DNA from: Eledone cirrhosa
Lineage: Eukaryota
Length of the DNA: 64,000 nt
Assembly: GCA_964016885.1 (NCBI GenBank)
Contig: OZ024742.1
Location: forward strand, 295,306,001 to 295,370,000
Direction of reading: 5' to 3'
Shown: positions 13,096 to 26,796 of the stretch, piece after piece
Layout: each line of letters starts with the position of its first letter
Position numbering within the stretch: position 1 is the stretch's first letter
Notes under the pieces: model-generated
What the model saw: the letters and a program-made list of their open reading frames with translations, nothing else
What the model was told of the DNA's origin: nothing
Database searches by the model: none
Made by a program: the position numbers and the translations under genes

Positions 13096-14286
13096 CTATT
13101 TATAAGTAAATATAAATACAAGTGATTAAATGTTGTAAAATGTCAATATTTAAAATATTATTTAATTGTTTACATATATTTATTTATTGGTAATTATCTA
13201 TATTCTTTTACTTTTAAATTCACCTTATTATTAGCACTGCCATATTTCTGAAGACAGGATCTTCGGAAATGTTAGTGTCATATTATTGGAAATAATTGTT
13301 TCTACTTTTGGCACAAGGCCAGCAATTATCCCCGTGCAGTTCTAGTGCTTTATTTTATCAACCCCGTAAGGATGAAAGGCAAAGTTAACCTCAGCAGGAT
13401 TTGAACTCAGAATGTAAAGGATATAACTCTATGCTGCAAAGCATGGTGTCTGATGCTCAACCGATATTGCCAATTATTCGCCATATTATTGGCAATAATG
13501 CCTGTCAATTCTCCACAGGACTTAACAAATTTGAAGCTATGTTTCATAGGGTTTAAAGCAGTTTATTTGGGTTTTTTTTTTACTCAGAATATGAAAACAT
13601 TGCAACTGAAATGAATTAGTCATCTTAACTCTTTTGCATTTAAACCCACCGTATCCAGCCAGAAATCTTCATATAAAATTATTTAATAGAAATTTAAAAA
13701 ACATCTTTTCTAATACCACAGACCTATAACTTCTTTTTATGATGTCATTTTACTGTCCACATTTACTGTCAAAGCATTTAGGATGTAGCTTCTGGTTCTA
13801 CTCCATTTTCAGTTACACCATCTCACATACATGTCTGGCAAATCTAACTCATAGCCATTCAAATTTGTATATTTTTTATTTAGAAAGAAACTAGCTCACT
13901 ATCTTACAATTACTGTTTCAACTGTCCTTACATAAGGACATTTATTAGTAGCAGTGAACAACATTTTAATTAAACCTGCAGTTATCAACCTGGAGCCTGA
14001 CTTGGGAATCCACAAAGGTAACACTGGGGGTCCATGAGCTAAGTTCAAAATTTCAAATATATTGTTAAAAAAATAAACATAATATGCACACACTTTTGGG
14101 TATTCATATTTTTCTCTTTTTGATTATTGGTCTCACTGTATTACAATTTAGGTGGAGAAAATAACTAAAAAGAGTCCTAGATAGTGAAAAGTTTGGGAAG
14201 CAATGAACTAAACATACAGCCTCATAAATGTTTTATAGATTGGTGGTAATGAAGAGACTAGTAAATTTAGATATGAGTATACTTAC

Positions 14287-14853
14287 AGTTATTGGGTGTA
14301 TGTTGAAATCGGGGTATTTTTCCACAAATCTGTATATACTGTTTGGTTTTCCCATAAAATGCCCAGTGTTAATAACAACTGCATTAGGTGAATTGTTCTC
14401 AGAAATATTAACTGTTTTTGTCTGGTCCCCAAACTTGTTGACCTGCTCCAAAGATAAAAAGATGCTGCTTCGAGCGCAATGTACTGAAGTAGAAGAGCAA
14501 ATCAAGATGGAGAAACGCAACAGGTTGTGGGTGACTAGAAACGCTGACAGAGATGTGAGGACTTCATTGAACGAAATCTCCCTCTTACTCTTTAACAATA
14601 CTTTCTTGCCAAACGGTTCATCAAAAACAAAGAACTCCTTCACAGAAGATTTCTCCATATCAACTGATATTGAATCAAATCCATTCTTCTCATATCCTAT
14701 ATAACCAAGAGGGTGACCAGCCGGAACTGGACTGTGGGAGAGGTAGAAAAAATAGAATTCCTGATTGAAAAGTGGTGTTTCACACATCATGTTACTGACC
14801 ATTACAGTAACTTTGGTAGTTCCTTTCTTTGGTTTGTGTCCACTATCTTTCAC
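14287..14853 (-). CDS. Cadherin gene, internal exon C (VKDSGHKPKKGTTKVTV...FNIHPIT)
   Basis: Acceptor ccctctag, donor ACT|gtaagt; 567 nt, phase 0/0. Gives YTLNIE|VKDSG continuity; cadherin domain is divergent. Confidence 0.85.
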
Positions 14854-14987
14854 CTAGAGGGAATAAAAAAAAAAGTCAAAGAATATTTGATTAGATAAAC
14901 AATCACATATATGCATGTGTATACACCTACAGGTTATAATTCTAAGAAGATATCACATTTTCAGGAACACAATGTGACCTGGTATGT

Positions 14988-17606
14988 TATCATCATCATC
15001 ATCAACGTTTAACGTCCGTGTTCCACGCTTGCATGGGTTTGGACGGGGATTTTCCCACTTGAGGCAAGAGTGATTGTCTTGCTCGCATAGGACTGTCTGG
15101 CAGGTTTTCTACAGTTGGATGCCCTTCCTAACACCAACCACATTTACAGTGTGGGGCTGGGAGGTTTTTACCGTGTTGCCTACACGGCCACATTACAGCG
15201 TGGACTGTGTGTTTTTTTGTCGTGACACCTACACGATCTCATTTGTTTCGGCCTGGATGGTGTGCAACCAACATAACTTTACATAGAAGGGGGCGGTGTG
15301 GATGGGGTGGGAGTGGGGGTGGTGGGACAGGGGTTTATTTTGTTAGAGATGCCTACTGACTGTAGTAGGTTTTACTTTGTATTTAGGTAAGGCGGGTCTT
15401 CTCTATTACTGAGTACCGCCAAAGGTCTCGGTCCAGTGACATTGTCTTGGTGAGGTGTAAGTGTGTGAGGTCGGAGTTTATCAGCTCGTCCCAGGTTTTT
15501 CTGGGTCTGCCTACTCCGTGGCTACCGTCTATTTTTATTGCCCTGCACTTTTTTATACAGCTGTCGTCTTTCATGCGCATCACGTGACCATACCAACGTA
15601 GCCTTCTCTCGAGTAAACAACATCTGATCCCTCTTATTTCTAATTTTTTCCTTAGTTCGTTTATGCTTTGTCGTTCACGTATATTACTATTACACATCCA
15701 GCGGAGCATGCAAGCTTCGTTTCTCTCTAGTCTGCGTATATCCTCTGCACACAATGCCCAGGTCTCACTGCCATGCAACATTGCTGTTCGTATGCAGGCA
15801 TCGTACAACCTGCCTTTCATTTTTAGGGAGAACCCTTTAGCGGCTAATAGTGGTATAAGCTCTCTGAACTTTTTCCACCCAGTTCTGACTCTAGCTACTG
15901 TACTTTCATAGCACCCTCCCCCACTGCTGATTTTGTCACCCAGGTAACGGAAGCTGTCCACTATTTCTATAGAACCCTCTGTGCAGTTGAAAGAGCTAGT
16001 ATTTTGTGGGCACTTGCTGCTACTTATTGCCCCAGAACACCGGCCACATGTAAAATCTATGTTCTTAGTTAGCTTACCTGTGATCCCACTACATCTTTTA
16101 TGCACCCAAACTTTGCATTTGGGACACAAAATGGAATTTCTACCTACGCCTTTCCTACACTCTGCGCATGGCCACTTCCCGGAGGGGACCGCCGCCTTAT
16201 TTTCTTTCTTACAAACTAGAACTTTAGTCTTAGCCAGGTTAATTTTAAGGCCTTTTGATTCTAGGCCGTGCTTCCATGTTTGGAATTTCTTCTCTAGCTC
16301 GGCCATTGATTCAGCTATGAGCGTTAGATCATCTGCGTATAGGAGTTCCCATGGGCAGCCGGTCTTGAACTCCACTGTTATAGCCTGGAGGGCAATAATA
16401 AATAGTAGGGGGCTAAGAACAGAGCCCTGATGAACACCAACTTTTACACTAAACTCTTCACTATATTCGTTGTTAATTCTAACCTTGCTGACTGTTTCTT
16501 TATACATGGCTTGTATAGCTCTCACAAGCCATTCATCAACACCTAGTTTTCTAAGAGCCCACCAGATAATGGAACGGGAGACTCTGTCGAAGGCCTTCTC
16601 CAAGTCGACGAAAGCTAAGTATAGGGGTTTACTTTTAGCTAGGTACTTCTCCTGTAGTTGTCGTACAATGAAAAGAGCGTCTGTGGTACTTTTTCCTGAC
16701 ACAAACCCGAACTGCATTTCATCTAGATCAATTCGCTCTCTGATTAATTGCGCTATTACTTTTTCCGTGACCTTCATGACCTGGTCGATTAATTTAATGC
16801 CTCTATAGTTACTCCTATCTAGGGAAACTCCTTTACCCTTATAACAGTTAACGATGATGCTGCTACGCCAGTCCTTCGGAACAACCCCATTCTGTATGAC
16901 TTGGTTGACTATCCGGGTGACCATGGTGTGTCCCACCGTACCAGATGCCTTCAGCATCTCGGCAACTATTTCCGAAGGCCCAGCCGCCTTGCCCGTCTTC
17001 ATATCTTTGATTGCCTTACTTATTATACTACCCTCGACTAACACTGCTGGTCCCTCTATTGAGTCGATGTGGGGGAGACTGTCTTTCTCCCATTTATTCT
17101 CCTCATTTAGTAGCCTTTCATAGTGACACTTCCAAGCTACCTTCTTATCGGCGTCGGTGATGGCAAGTACGCCGTCATCATTAAGTACACACTTCTCCCC
17201 GACAATATCACTGTTTTCCTTGACACATTGCCTAGCAATCCTGAACACCTCACGTTTTTGGTCCTCACGTTGTAGAACATGCTTGAACTTTCTTTCCTCT
17301 GCTTCCCTTCTTGCGAAGTACACTTGTCTCCTAGCTTCCCTCCTGGCCACTTGATAGTCTTCTCTGCTTCCCCCATCCCGCCATACTTTCCAAGCCTGCT
17401 TTTTGGCCTTAATTGACTCCTCCACCTTACTGTTCCACCACCATGTTACTCTCCTCCTGCCTACAGGCCTGCTCCAGCCACAGACTTCGTCTGCTGCCGT
17501 CAGCAGGTTTGCTTTCAGGAATTTCCACTGTTCCTCTACCTTGTACGACTCTAATTGCTCTTCCTTACTGTCGAAAGCATCAAGTAATATGCTTTGGAAT
17601 TTATTT
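14988..17606 (-). mobile_element. RTE-clade LINE, 5'-truncated, RT ORF open (15383-17425)
   Basis: YRGIKL, FVDLEKAFD, GVHQGSVLSP and YADD motifs; Cys/His finger insertion; 3' UTR and (GAT)n tail. Confidence 0.95.
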
Positions 17607-20600
17607 TTGGATATATTGTATTTTAATGTATATGACTTGAAATGTTTCTTATACAGCTAACCTACATTTTACATCAAATTATATAGCACTAAACTCAGTG
17701 TAGTGTGCTCACTTGTAGATTTCTTGTTTGAAAATGCATTCCTGATGTATTTTGAGAATTGTATATATATATATATTTATAAATGAATTATTTCTGTCTG
17801 AAAGGTACAGGAAAAAAGAGTGCTCTATGTAGGCTACAGAGCTTTGCTTTCAAGAAACCACTGGTAAATGAAATAATTATCTTATGTTGATTATTACATA
17901 ACTATATATTTATATATAGAGCAACTCTGTTAAAGAATACAAGATTACATATATGAATGCACATATATAACATCTGAGAGGAATGGGCTTCACTGGGTTA
18001 TTTTTGCTCAAGATATGGGCATAATGCAGCACTCCCCACTATGGTGCTGGAAGGGAAAAGTGAAGTGACATACTACTACTACTACAATCATGTTTTGTCT
18101 AGGACTGTGGCAACCTGTTTAACCAATGCAAGCATGTAAAGTGGATGTATGATGAGGATGATGACAATGAAGAGATTTACAGAATGGTTTTCACATTTGT
18201 TTAAATTTTCACTGTGAAGCATATAAACTGTAGTTTATACCTACATTAAATCTATCTTAAATTTTCTAATATACACTATCTTGTGCATAAACATTTATTA
18301 TTGAAAAAACTATGTTTAGATTAACATGCTTTCTGATATAACCATCTGACCTTTGTCATTTGTCAGGAACACCAAACATATCAGATAGTATTGGCCCTAA
18401 TAACCAATGCAGATAAAAGGTCAAACCTGGTTTTGTAGATTTTAACAATATTCTGTGGTTAAGCAGAATATATAAATACTAATTTATCCAACCATCTATC
18501 AAACCCATCTGTTATTTCAACTAAAGATAAGTTTTAAAACAACAAAAGTTTGTTTACATTTCTAAAATATTTAACTTCACATTTTTACTTGAACCTTTTT
18601 GTTATTATATTTCTAATAACATACACTGTATTTCAAATAATTAATGAAAAGTTTTGAGGGATTTACTAAAACTATGAAGATAGTATTTGTAACATAACAA
18701 ATGTTTTTTTTTTTTATAGAATTATGTTGGAAGATATTAATTCAAATAAGAATCCTTTAAAATGGACAATTTTGTTTCAAAGAACCAGAGTCAGTTTTGG
18801 ACAGGTTAGCCCATTCAATACTAATCCAGTTCTGTGATACAAAACTATCCATTTTAATATTTTTTTCTCTTTCTATTTTCTTTTTTTTCTCTTTCTATTT
18901 GTAATATTATGTTAATGGTTATGCCTTAATAAAATTATACCAATTATTTCACAATTAAAACTTACCACCACAATTTTATGTAAGAAACTTTTGCTAAGTT
19001 ATGTTCCAAACATCAGGCCAATAATGAAAAAAAATCAGTTAACTTACTAAATCTATTCAGATACTTGATTACTTTCAAAATTAATTGAAACATATCAGCA
19101 GTGTGTTAACCACTATGTTAAGTGGTGACTGACACTGTCTTTCTTCTAGCTAGAATTTAACTCATTAGCATTTAAACTGGCCATATTCCACCAAAATTCT
19201 CTCACTTCTTTCTCTTCAAACTGGCTATAACCGACTGCTCATACTTCTGTTAAAGTATTGTTCCCAAAATAAATAACATCAAAATCTTGTAGATTCGATA
19301 TTATGTGAGATAATTATGTGAAATAAAGTATTCACCGTAAAAACACAATAGTATATATAGAGTAATGTAAATGGTAAAGGGTTAAGGAGCAGTGAGAGAA
19401 TTTCGAAATTTCAAAATTCTCTCAGTGGTTTATAAATTATAAAAAAACTCCACAAACAAACTAAAAGCCAAAGCATTTTTATTGAAAAACTTATATGGAT
19501 GTCTACTGAAGTGATGTTATATTGATAACCACATAATTGCTGATATTTATGTTATTCTCAACAAAAGGATTATTAAAATTTGGATGAAAGAAAACAATAG
19601 ACTTTCAAGACAGATTTTAATGGATTCAGATTTGGTTAGACACACAGACACACCCATACACACATGAATAAATAGCTTATAGTAATAGTTACTGTGGTTA
19701 AGTGGTAGTAGTGGTGAATGGTGGTGGTAGAGTAGTAGTAGTAGTGGTGAATGGTGGTTGTAGAAGTGGTAGTGGTCATGGTGATAGTAGTAATAATTGT
19801 TTCTACTTTTGGCACAAGGCCAACAATTACCCCCAGTGCATTACTGGTGCTTTATTTTATCGACCCCATAAGGATGGAAGGCAAAATTAACCTCGGCGGG
19901 AATTGAACTCAGAATCTAAAGAGCCATAACTCTATGCTGCAAAGCATGGTGTCTGACGTTCTACCGATACTGCCAATCCACCACCGCTTGGTAGTAATAA
20001 TGGTAGGTTGGGGGTAGTAGTAACAACAGTAGTGGTGATGGTAGTAGTAGTAATGGTGGTGGGGATGGAGGTAATAGTATTAGTAATGTGGTTATCATTT
20101 AAACCCTTTCATTATCATTTTGAAAATAATCATGAATTTGGTGATGCGCATCCGATTGTTGCGTTTGATGGAGAATTGATGGTCGTTTTTGCTTTCCTCC
20201 ATTTTTTTCTCTCTCTTTTATGCGTTTATATTTGTGTTTACCAATGACATTATATTTGTAATATTATTCTGAACGAATTGCGAGCAATTTATAAAGTTAT
20301 TTACGCATTTGTAATATCATTTGTAATGTTATTTATGTATATAGTTAAAACAGATTTAGAAATATAACCTTCTCATTATGAAGTTGTTATACGTAACATA
20401 TCTTAGAATTATGATGGAAGGTTTTTATATAAATACAAGCACTTTAAAATAAACAACTTTGTATTGTAGCATTGTAGAACCAGGGTTAGTTTCAGGTAAT
20501 TTAGAGACAAAAGGGTCAATGGATTCAAATTTAGTTGGACATAGGCACACATTAAATAGTTTGTAGTAGTAGTAGTAGTAGCAGCAACAGCAGCATGGTT

Positions 20601-21837
20601 GCCATCAATTTAACCCTTTTGATACCAAAGCACCTGAAACAGCCCCTAGTTCTTAGGATACAAAGCTGTTTATTCTAAAGTATTTATATTATTTAAAAAA
20701 CCTTCCAGTATAATTTTATATAAGAAACTTTGTTAAGTTATACTCCAAATACCAGCTTAATGATTTCTACTATAGGCACAAGGCTAGCATTTTTGTGGGG
20801 GTGGAAAGTCAATTAAATCGACCGAGTGCGTTACTGGTGCTTTATTTCATTGATCCCATAAGGATGAAAGGTAAAGCTAGCCTTGGCTGGATTTGAATTC
20901 AGAATGTTAAGGGCCATAACTCTATGCCACAAAGCATAGTGTCTGATGCTCTCCCAATACTGCCAATCCACCACCAGCTCAAAGAGGCACATGGCCTAGT
21001 GGTAAGGGTGTTGGACTTACGATCATAATGTCATGGGTTTGATTCCTGGGTTACGTGTTGTGTTCTTGACCAAAACACTTCATTTCACGTTGCTCCAGTA
21101 CACTCAGCTGAAAACAAGAACCAGCAAATAGCTGGGGGTTTAACCCTGTGATGGACTGGCATCCTGTCCAGGGGGAAGTCTTGTACTCTCAGTCACTTCA
21201 TGCCATGAAACTGGGATAAGCACTGGTCAAATTAGCCTTCTGGCTTAAGACAGACTTTAGACTTTTTAGATACCAGCTTAATAATGAGAAGGCAAGTTAT
21301 TGTATTAAATCCCTCCAAATTCTTGATTATTTTCAAAATTATTTGAACATTATAGGCAGTGTCTTTCATTAAAAATATTTATCATATCTAATAACCATGC
21401 AGTAGCAGTAATAGAAGTAATAGTAATAGTAGTGGTTGTAATAATTGTTGTTGTTGTTGCAGTGGTAGTAGTAGTAGTAGTAGCAGTATTAGTTATAGTA
21501 GTAGTAGTTTTAGTAGCAGTAGTAGTATTACTAGTAGTAGTTATAGTAGTAGTAGTGGCTGCAGTAGTAGTTATAGTAGCAGTAGTTGCTATCAGTTAAA
21601 TTTAGAAAATCAACGTAAAACAAGAAATTGATAATGTGTATATAACAGAGAATCTAAATAGAAAGAAAATGAAGAATTTTAACAGAAAACCAACTCTTCG
21701 TTAACCCTTTGTGAAAGAATGAGCTTTATATATTGAATAATAAAATCCTTTCATGATTCAACCAACATTTCTCATTAAAATTCATGTCTTATTTTTAAAA
21801 GGATATAATAAAAAAAATAAAACAAAATAAAGCAAAA

Positions 21838-21866
21838 ACATATATATATATATGTATATGTGTATG

Positions 21867-21914
<48 letters not shown>

Positions 21915-21921
21915 CATACAC

Positions 21922-21964
<43 letters not shown>

Positions 21965-21975
21965 TTTATATATAT

Positions 21976-22007
<32 letters not shown>

Positions 22008-22074
22008 GTATATACACACACAAACACGCATATATATGTATATATATATATATACACACACACACACATATATG

Positions 22075-22108
<34 letters not shown>

Positions 22109-22110
22109 TA

Positions 22111-22158
<48 letters not shown>

Positions 22159-22365
22159 TATATATGTATATATATATATATATATACACACACACATATA
22201 TGTATATATATATATATACACACACACACATATATATGTATATATATATATATATATACACACACACATATATGTATATATATATATATACACACACACA
22301 CATGTATGTATGTATGTATGTATGTATGTATGTATGTATGTATGTATGTATGTATATATATATAT
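21838..22365. repeat. (TA)n/(CA)n/(TATG)n compound microsatellite
   Basis: Direct inspection. Confidence 0.95.
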
Positions 22366-22491
22366 TAGGGTAAACATTGATGCAATTCAATTCAAGCACT
22401 CAACGTACTTTTTCCACATAGGAGTGACGGAGTAAATATCGAATAAGGAAAAGCGAAGTAGTTTCAGATGTTCAAGTCCTTTAATAATAAT

Positions 22492-22565
22492 GCTGTGATA
22501 TATATTTCCATGACAACACTGGCCACACTGTTCTGTGTGCGAGTGTTGTGTCATCATCAGACAGC
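22492..22565 (-). ncRNA. Minimal type-I hammerhead ribozyme motif
   Basis: gctgt-CTGATGA-stem II-GAAA-tatata-TC-acagc on the minus strand. Confidence 0.7.
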
Positions 22566-23294
22566 TTGTTACATAATAAGGTTATGTTTCCGAGGCAATC
22601 CAAATTGGATCGACAAGGGAACGAATGAATTGCGTGTTCTTGGGTTTTTCATCCGCTCCCTTGTGAGTACCAATTCACCCCCACCGGCCTGCGCAAGCGC
22701 ATGTCCGAAGGAAGTTGACCATTAGCCACCGCAGATTTCAACGAAATTTGCTTAGTCAAAGAATTAAAAAATATTTTTTTAATTCTTTAATTTCTAACTG
22801 TTAATTTCTTAATTGTTTAATTTATAATTTCTGATATTTGATTTAGGATTTTAATTTTTATTTCCAACTCTCACTCTTAACTTCCAACGTAAAACCATGA
22901 TACCTAGAATAAATTTATTTTCCCTTATAAGGTGATGGTCAGTTGTACCGTCAACTCTTAGTGAGGGGTAGTATTATGACCTGTAAAAACTAACACTCTC
23001 CCATCCCCTCTGGCTCTCGGCTGACTGCCACAGCCGTGATGGGTAGCAGTAAAATATGGTACAGGCATTGGTGGGCCATTGTTTTGGATGACGGGGTGAA
23101 CTGACTAAGCAAATTTCGTTGAAGTCTGCGGTGGCAAATGGTCAACTTCCTTCGGACATGCGCTTGCGCAGGCCGGTGGGGGTGAATTGGTACTCACAAG
23201 GGAGCGGATGAAAAACCCCAAAACACGCAATTCATCCGTTCCCTTGTCGATCCAATTTGGATTGCCTCGGAAACATAACCTTATTATGTAACAA

Positions 23295-23368
23295 GCTGTC
23301 TGATGATGACACGACACTCGCACACAGAACAGTGTGGCGAGTGTCGTCATTGAAATATATATCACAGC
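23295..23368 (+). ncRNA. Minimal type-I hammerhead ribozyme motif
   Basis: gctgt CTGATGA tgacacgacactcgc...gcgagtgtcgtca t t GAAA tatata TC acagc. Confidence 0.72.
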
Positions 23369-23431
23369 ATTATTATTTAAGGACTTGAACATCTGAAACT
23401 ACTTCGCTTTTCCTTATTCTCTATATATATA

Positions 23432-23516
<85 letters not shown>

Positions 23517-23610
23517 AATATATACATACACACACATATATAATATATGCATACATACACATATATATATAAATGCATTTTGAAATTTGAATAAGTATTG
23601 TGACATACAT

Positions 23611-23647
<37 letters not shown>

Positions 23648-26600
23648 TGTATACACAGTGGAGGCACATGGCTTAGTGGTTAGAGCATTGGCCTTGCAAT
23701 CGAAAGGTTGTGAGTTCAATTCTCAGACCGGGTGATGTGTTGTTTCCTTGAGCAAGACACTTTATTTCACATTGCTCCAATTTACTCAGCTGTAGAAATG
23801 AGATGATAGGGACTGGGGTCCCTATCATTCCACTGCAAAGTGGTCGTGGAGGTGCCACGGCAAAAAAGCACCCAGCACTCACTGTAAATGAGGTTGGTGT
23901 TAGGAAGGGCATCCAGCTGTAGAAATCAAGCCAGAATCAGTTCCCGTCCCACCCTTGCAAGCAGGGAAAAGCGGACGTAAAATGAAATGATGATGAATGA
24001 TGATGATGACACACATATATGATACACCTCCCTGCACACACACACATGTATATATATATACACACACACACACATATATATATAATATATGCATATATAC
24101 ATATATATATAAAAATACATTTTTGAAATTTGAATAAGTATTGTGACATCCGTTGTGATATTGTCTATTGGAACAACACAAGAGATACTGAATATATATA
24201 GAGGCTATTGTTCCAAAATACCAAAGTATCTTTAGAAATGGTATCAGGCATAACGATCAATAAATATGTAACATTTTAATGTAAGAACATGTTTAAAGCA
24301 ATGTAGAAACATGAAGTGTTTATATTGTTTTTTTCTTCTTATTACTAGTTTCAGTCTTTGGACTGTGGCCATGTTGGGGTACAACTTTCAAGGTTTTTAA
24401 CCCTTTCGCATTTACATTACTCCTCTTTATATTTTTGTATTTTCATGATAAACACTTTATCTTACATAATATCGAATTTATGAGATTTTTATATTATTTA
24501 TTTTGAGAGCAATACCTTAACACCAGTATGAGTGGTCAATTATGGTCAGTTTGAACAGAAAGAGGTGAGAGAATTCTGGCTGGATGTGGCTGGTCTAAAT
24601 GTTAAAGGGTTTAAGTTGATTATATAACCCCAAATATTTATTCTAACTTTCATTTGATCAATCTCTACTGTGAGTATCCTGCATGTTGGTATGTTGTTTG
24701 AGCTGATCAACATGATTAACGCACCCAGTACATGTGGTAAATCGATTGGTGATAGGAAGGCCACCCAGCCAGAGAAAGCTTGCCAAACAAAGAGTTGGGA
24801 AGACCTTCAGTTGTGTGAAAGACACAACACCTCTTGTGCACTTGGTAAAATGTGAGACCATATCTAAGTGAGATGCAGATCCCCAGCCTATCTGGGAGGT
24901 CAGTATCCCTTCTTCAGTATTGACCTGGAATATGTAGACTGGTCCAACCTTTGTTAGCAAGGAAAACAGACATTAAATGATGAAGATGATCTTGATGATG
25001 AGGATATTATAACTGTCATTTAAGTCACAGCATATTTCTTATGTTTTTTTAAAATATATATCATACGATAGTTGTGGTTATAAGGATGCCATTATACATA
25101 CATTGCTTCCTTAATCATTTCTCTCTTATTTGATGACACAAAAATTAACATAATTAGTAATTGATCCCTTGAGTCAAAATTCAGATTGTGATATATACAT
25201 TACATACATCTATTATATATATATATATATATGATTAATGGAGCTTAGTTAGGTTTTTTTAGTATTTTCTTTTTCTTTTTTTTTGTATATTTATGTATCA
25301 GAAGAATAAAATGACTTAATTTTTCATCTTTGCTTTTTGTTCATTACATAGTTACACAAATGGAAAAAATAAGATTCAATACATGAGTGGTATATACTTT
25401 ACTCTAGCAGTGAAGCTTCATCAGTGACTCAAATGTTTAGCATTTGTGCTCAACAAACATACATTGGCACAAATGTGAATGGATTCCACACAGTTTCAGT
25501 CAACCAAATTTCTCTCAAAAGGCATTGGTTGATCTGAATCTATGGTAGAAGGTACTTGCCTAAAGTGCCACACAGCGGGATCAAATTAAGGATTATGTAA
25601 TTGCAAAGCAAATTTCTTGACAAGAAGTTTTGAGGCAGTGCTTTGTGGTTTGATACCCATCTTAATACCAACACTTATTACAACATGCAGGGATATTGTG
25701 TATCTACTCTAAAAACTGGGATATACGTTCATTAACATCATTTTATATCTACTTTCCATGCTGGCTAGAGTTGGATGGGTTGTCATGGTCCTAGTCAGCT
25801 CTTATTTTGATTTACTCTCCTCCTAAAAGGGCTGAAGATCACATCACGTTGCTCATTGCCTGATTTCTATGGTGTTAGAAAGAGCATCATGCTCTTTCTA
25901 ACACCAACTACTTTACAGGGTGTATTGGGTGCATTTTATTGTGGAATCAGCATTAGGGAGATTGTCATATATTCAGCAAGACTAAAAAGTTCACTCTACT
26001 CCTCTACATTGTCTCTATTCGATTTGATCATCAAACATTCTTCAGAGCATATTGGGTGCATTTTATCATGGCACCACATTTATACCAATCTTCAGAACAC
26101 AGAAAATTGCATAATCTTATAATTTGAATTACACATATTTCTATAAAAAAACCAATCCCTATATCTCTATATAAAGTTAGTGTTATCTTTCTGACATATA
26201 ATATTGATTTCCATTGTAGTGATAAGGACTATTGTTAGAAAAAAAAAATCTTTACTTATTTTACAAACTAAAACACATCTGGAATATATGAATGTTTTAA
26301 AACCGATGATATCTAAACTTTAGAAATGTTTAAAAGATTGTTCCTTGTGATATAATAGACTATGTATATGCAGCAAGCCTTCATTCACAATGAATATGAT
26401 TGTATATATAAATCTAGTAGACACATACAACGTACAAGAAACTGTCTTATCATGTTTCTGCTAAATATATTTTCATAATTTATCAATATCCTGATAGATC
26501 ATAAATTTCAACATTATTTTTGTTATCATAAACTTTGGTAATATTCCTGTGATATATGTATTTAAATATTATATAAATGTTCTGTAAAATACTAGTTTCT

Positions 26601-26748
26601 TTTTACTATGAATTGGCTGAGTCATTAGAGCATCAGATTAAATGTCTTGGTATTTGGTCTGGCTCTATGTGCTCTAAGTTCAAATAATGCAGAGGTCAAC
26701 ATTGCTTTTCATCATTTCAGTAAGGGAGGTGTGGGGTGCAATTGGGTG

Positions 26749-26796
<48 letters not shown>

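Larger units (their letters stand above)
22366..23420 (-). mobile_element. Fold-back PLE-type remnant: ~315-bp inverted arms (22441-22757 / 23102-23420), spacer, and tail 22366-22440, flanked by (TA)n
   Basis: Mirror ORFs 22468-22725(+) and 23105-23392(-); a hammerhead motif in each arm. Confidence 0.8.

Noticed and set aside
15663-17660. Antisense ORFs over RTE copies
   Set aside because: Shadow frames of the RT ORF.
21775-22435. Tyr/Ile-rich ORFs here and at 5-308, 44429-44761, 47024-47777, 49947-51140 and 62169-63220
   Set aside because: Translations of (TA)n/(CA)n microsatellites.
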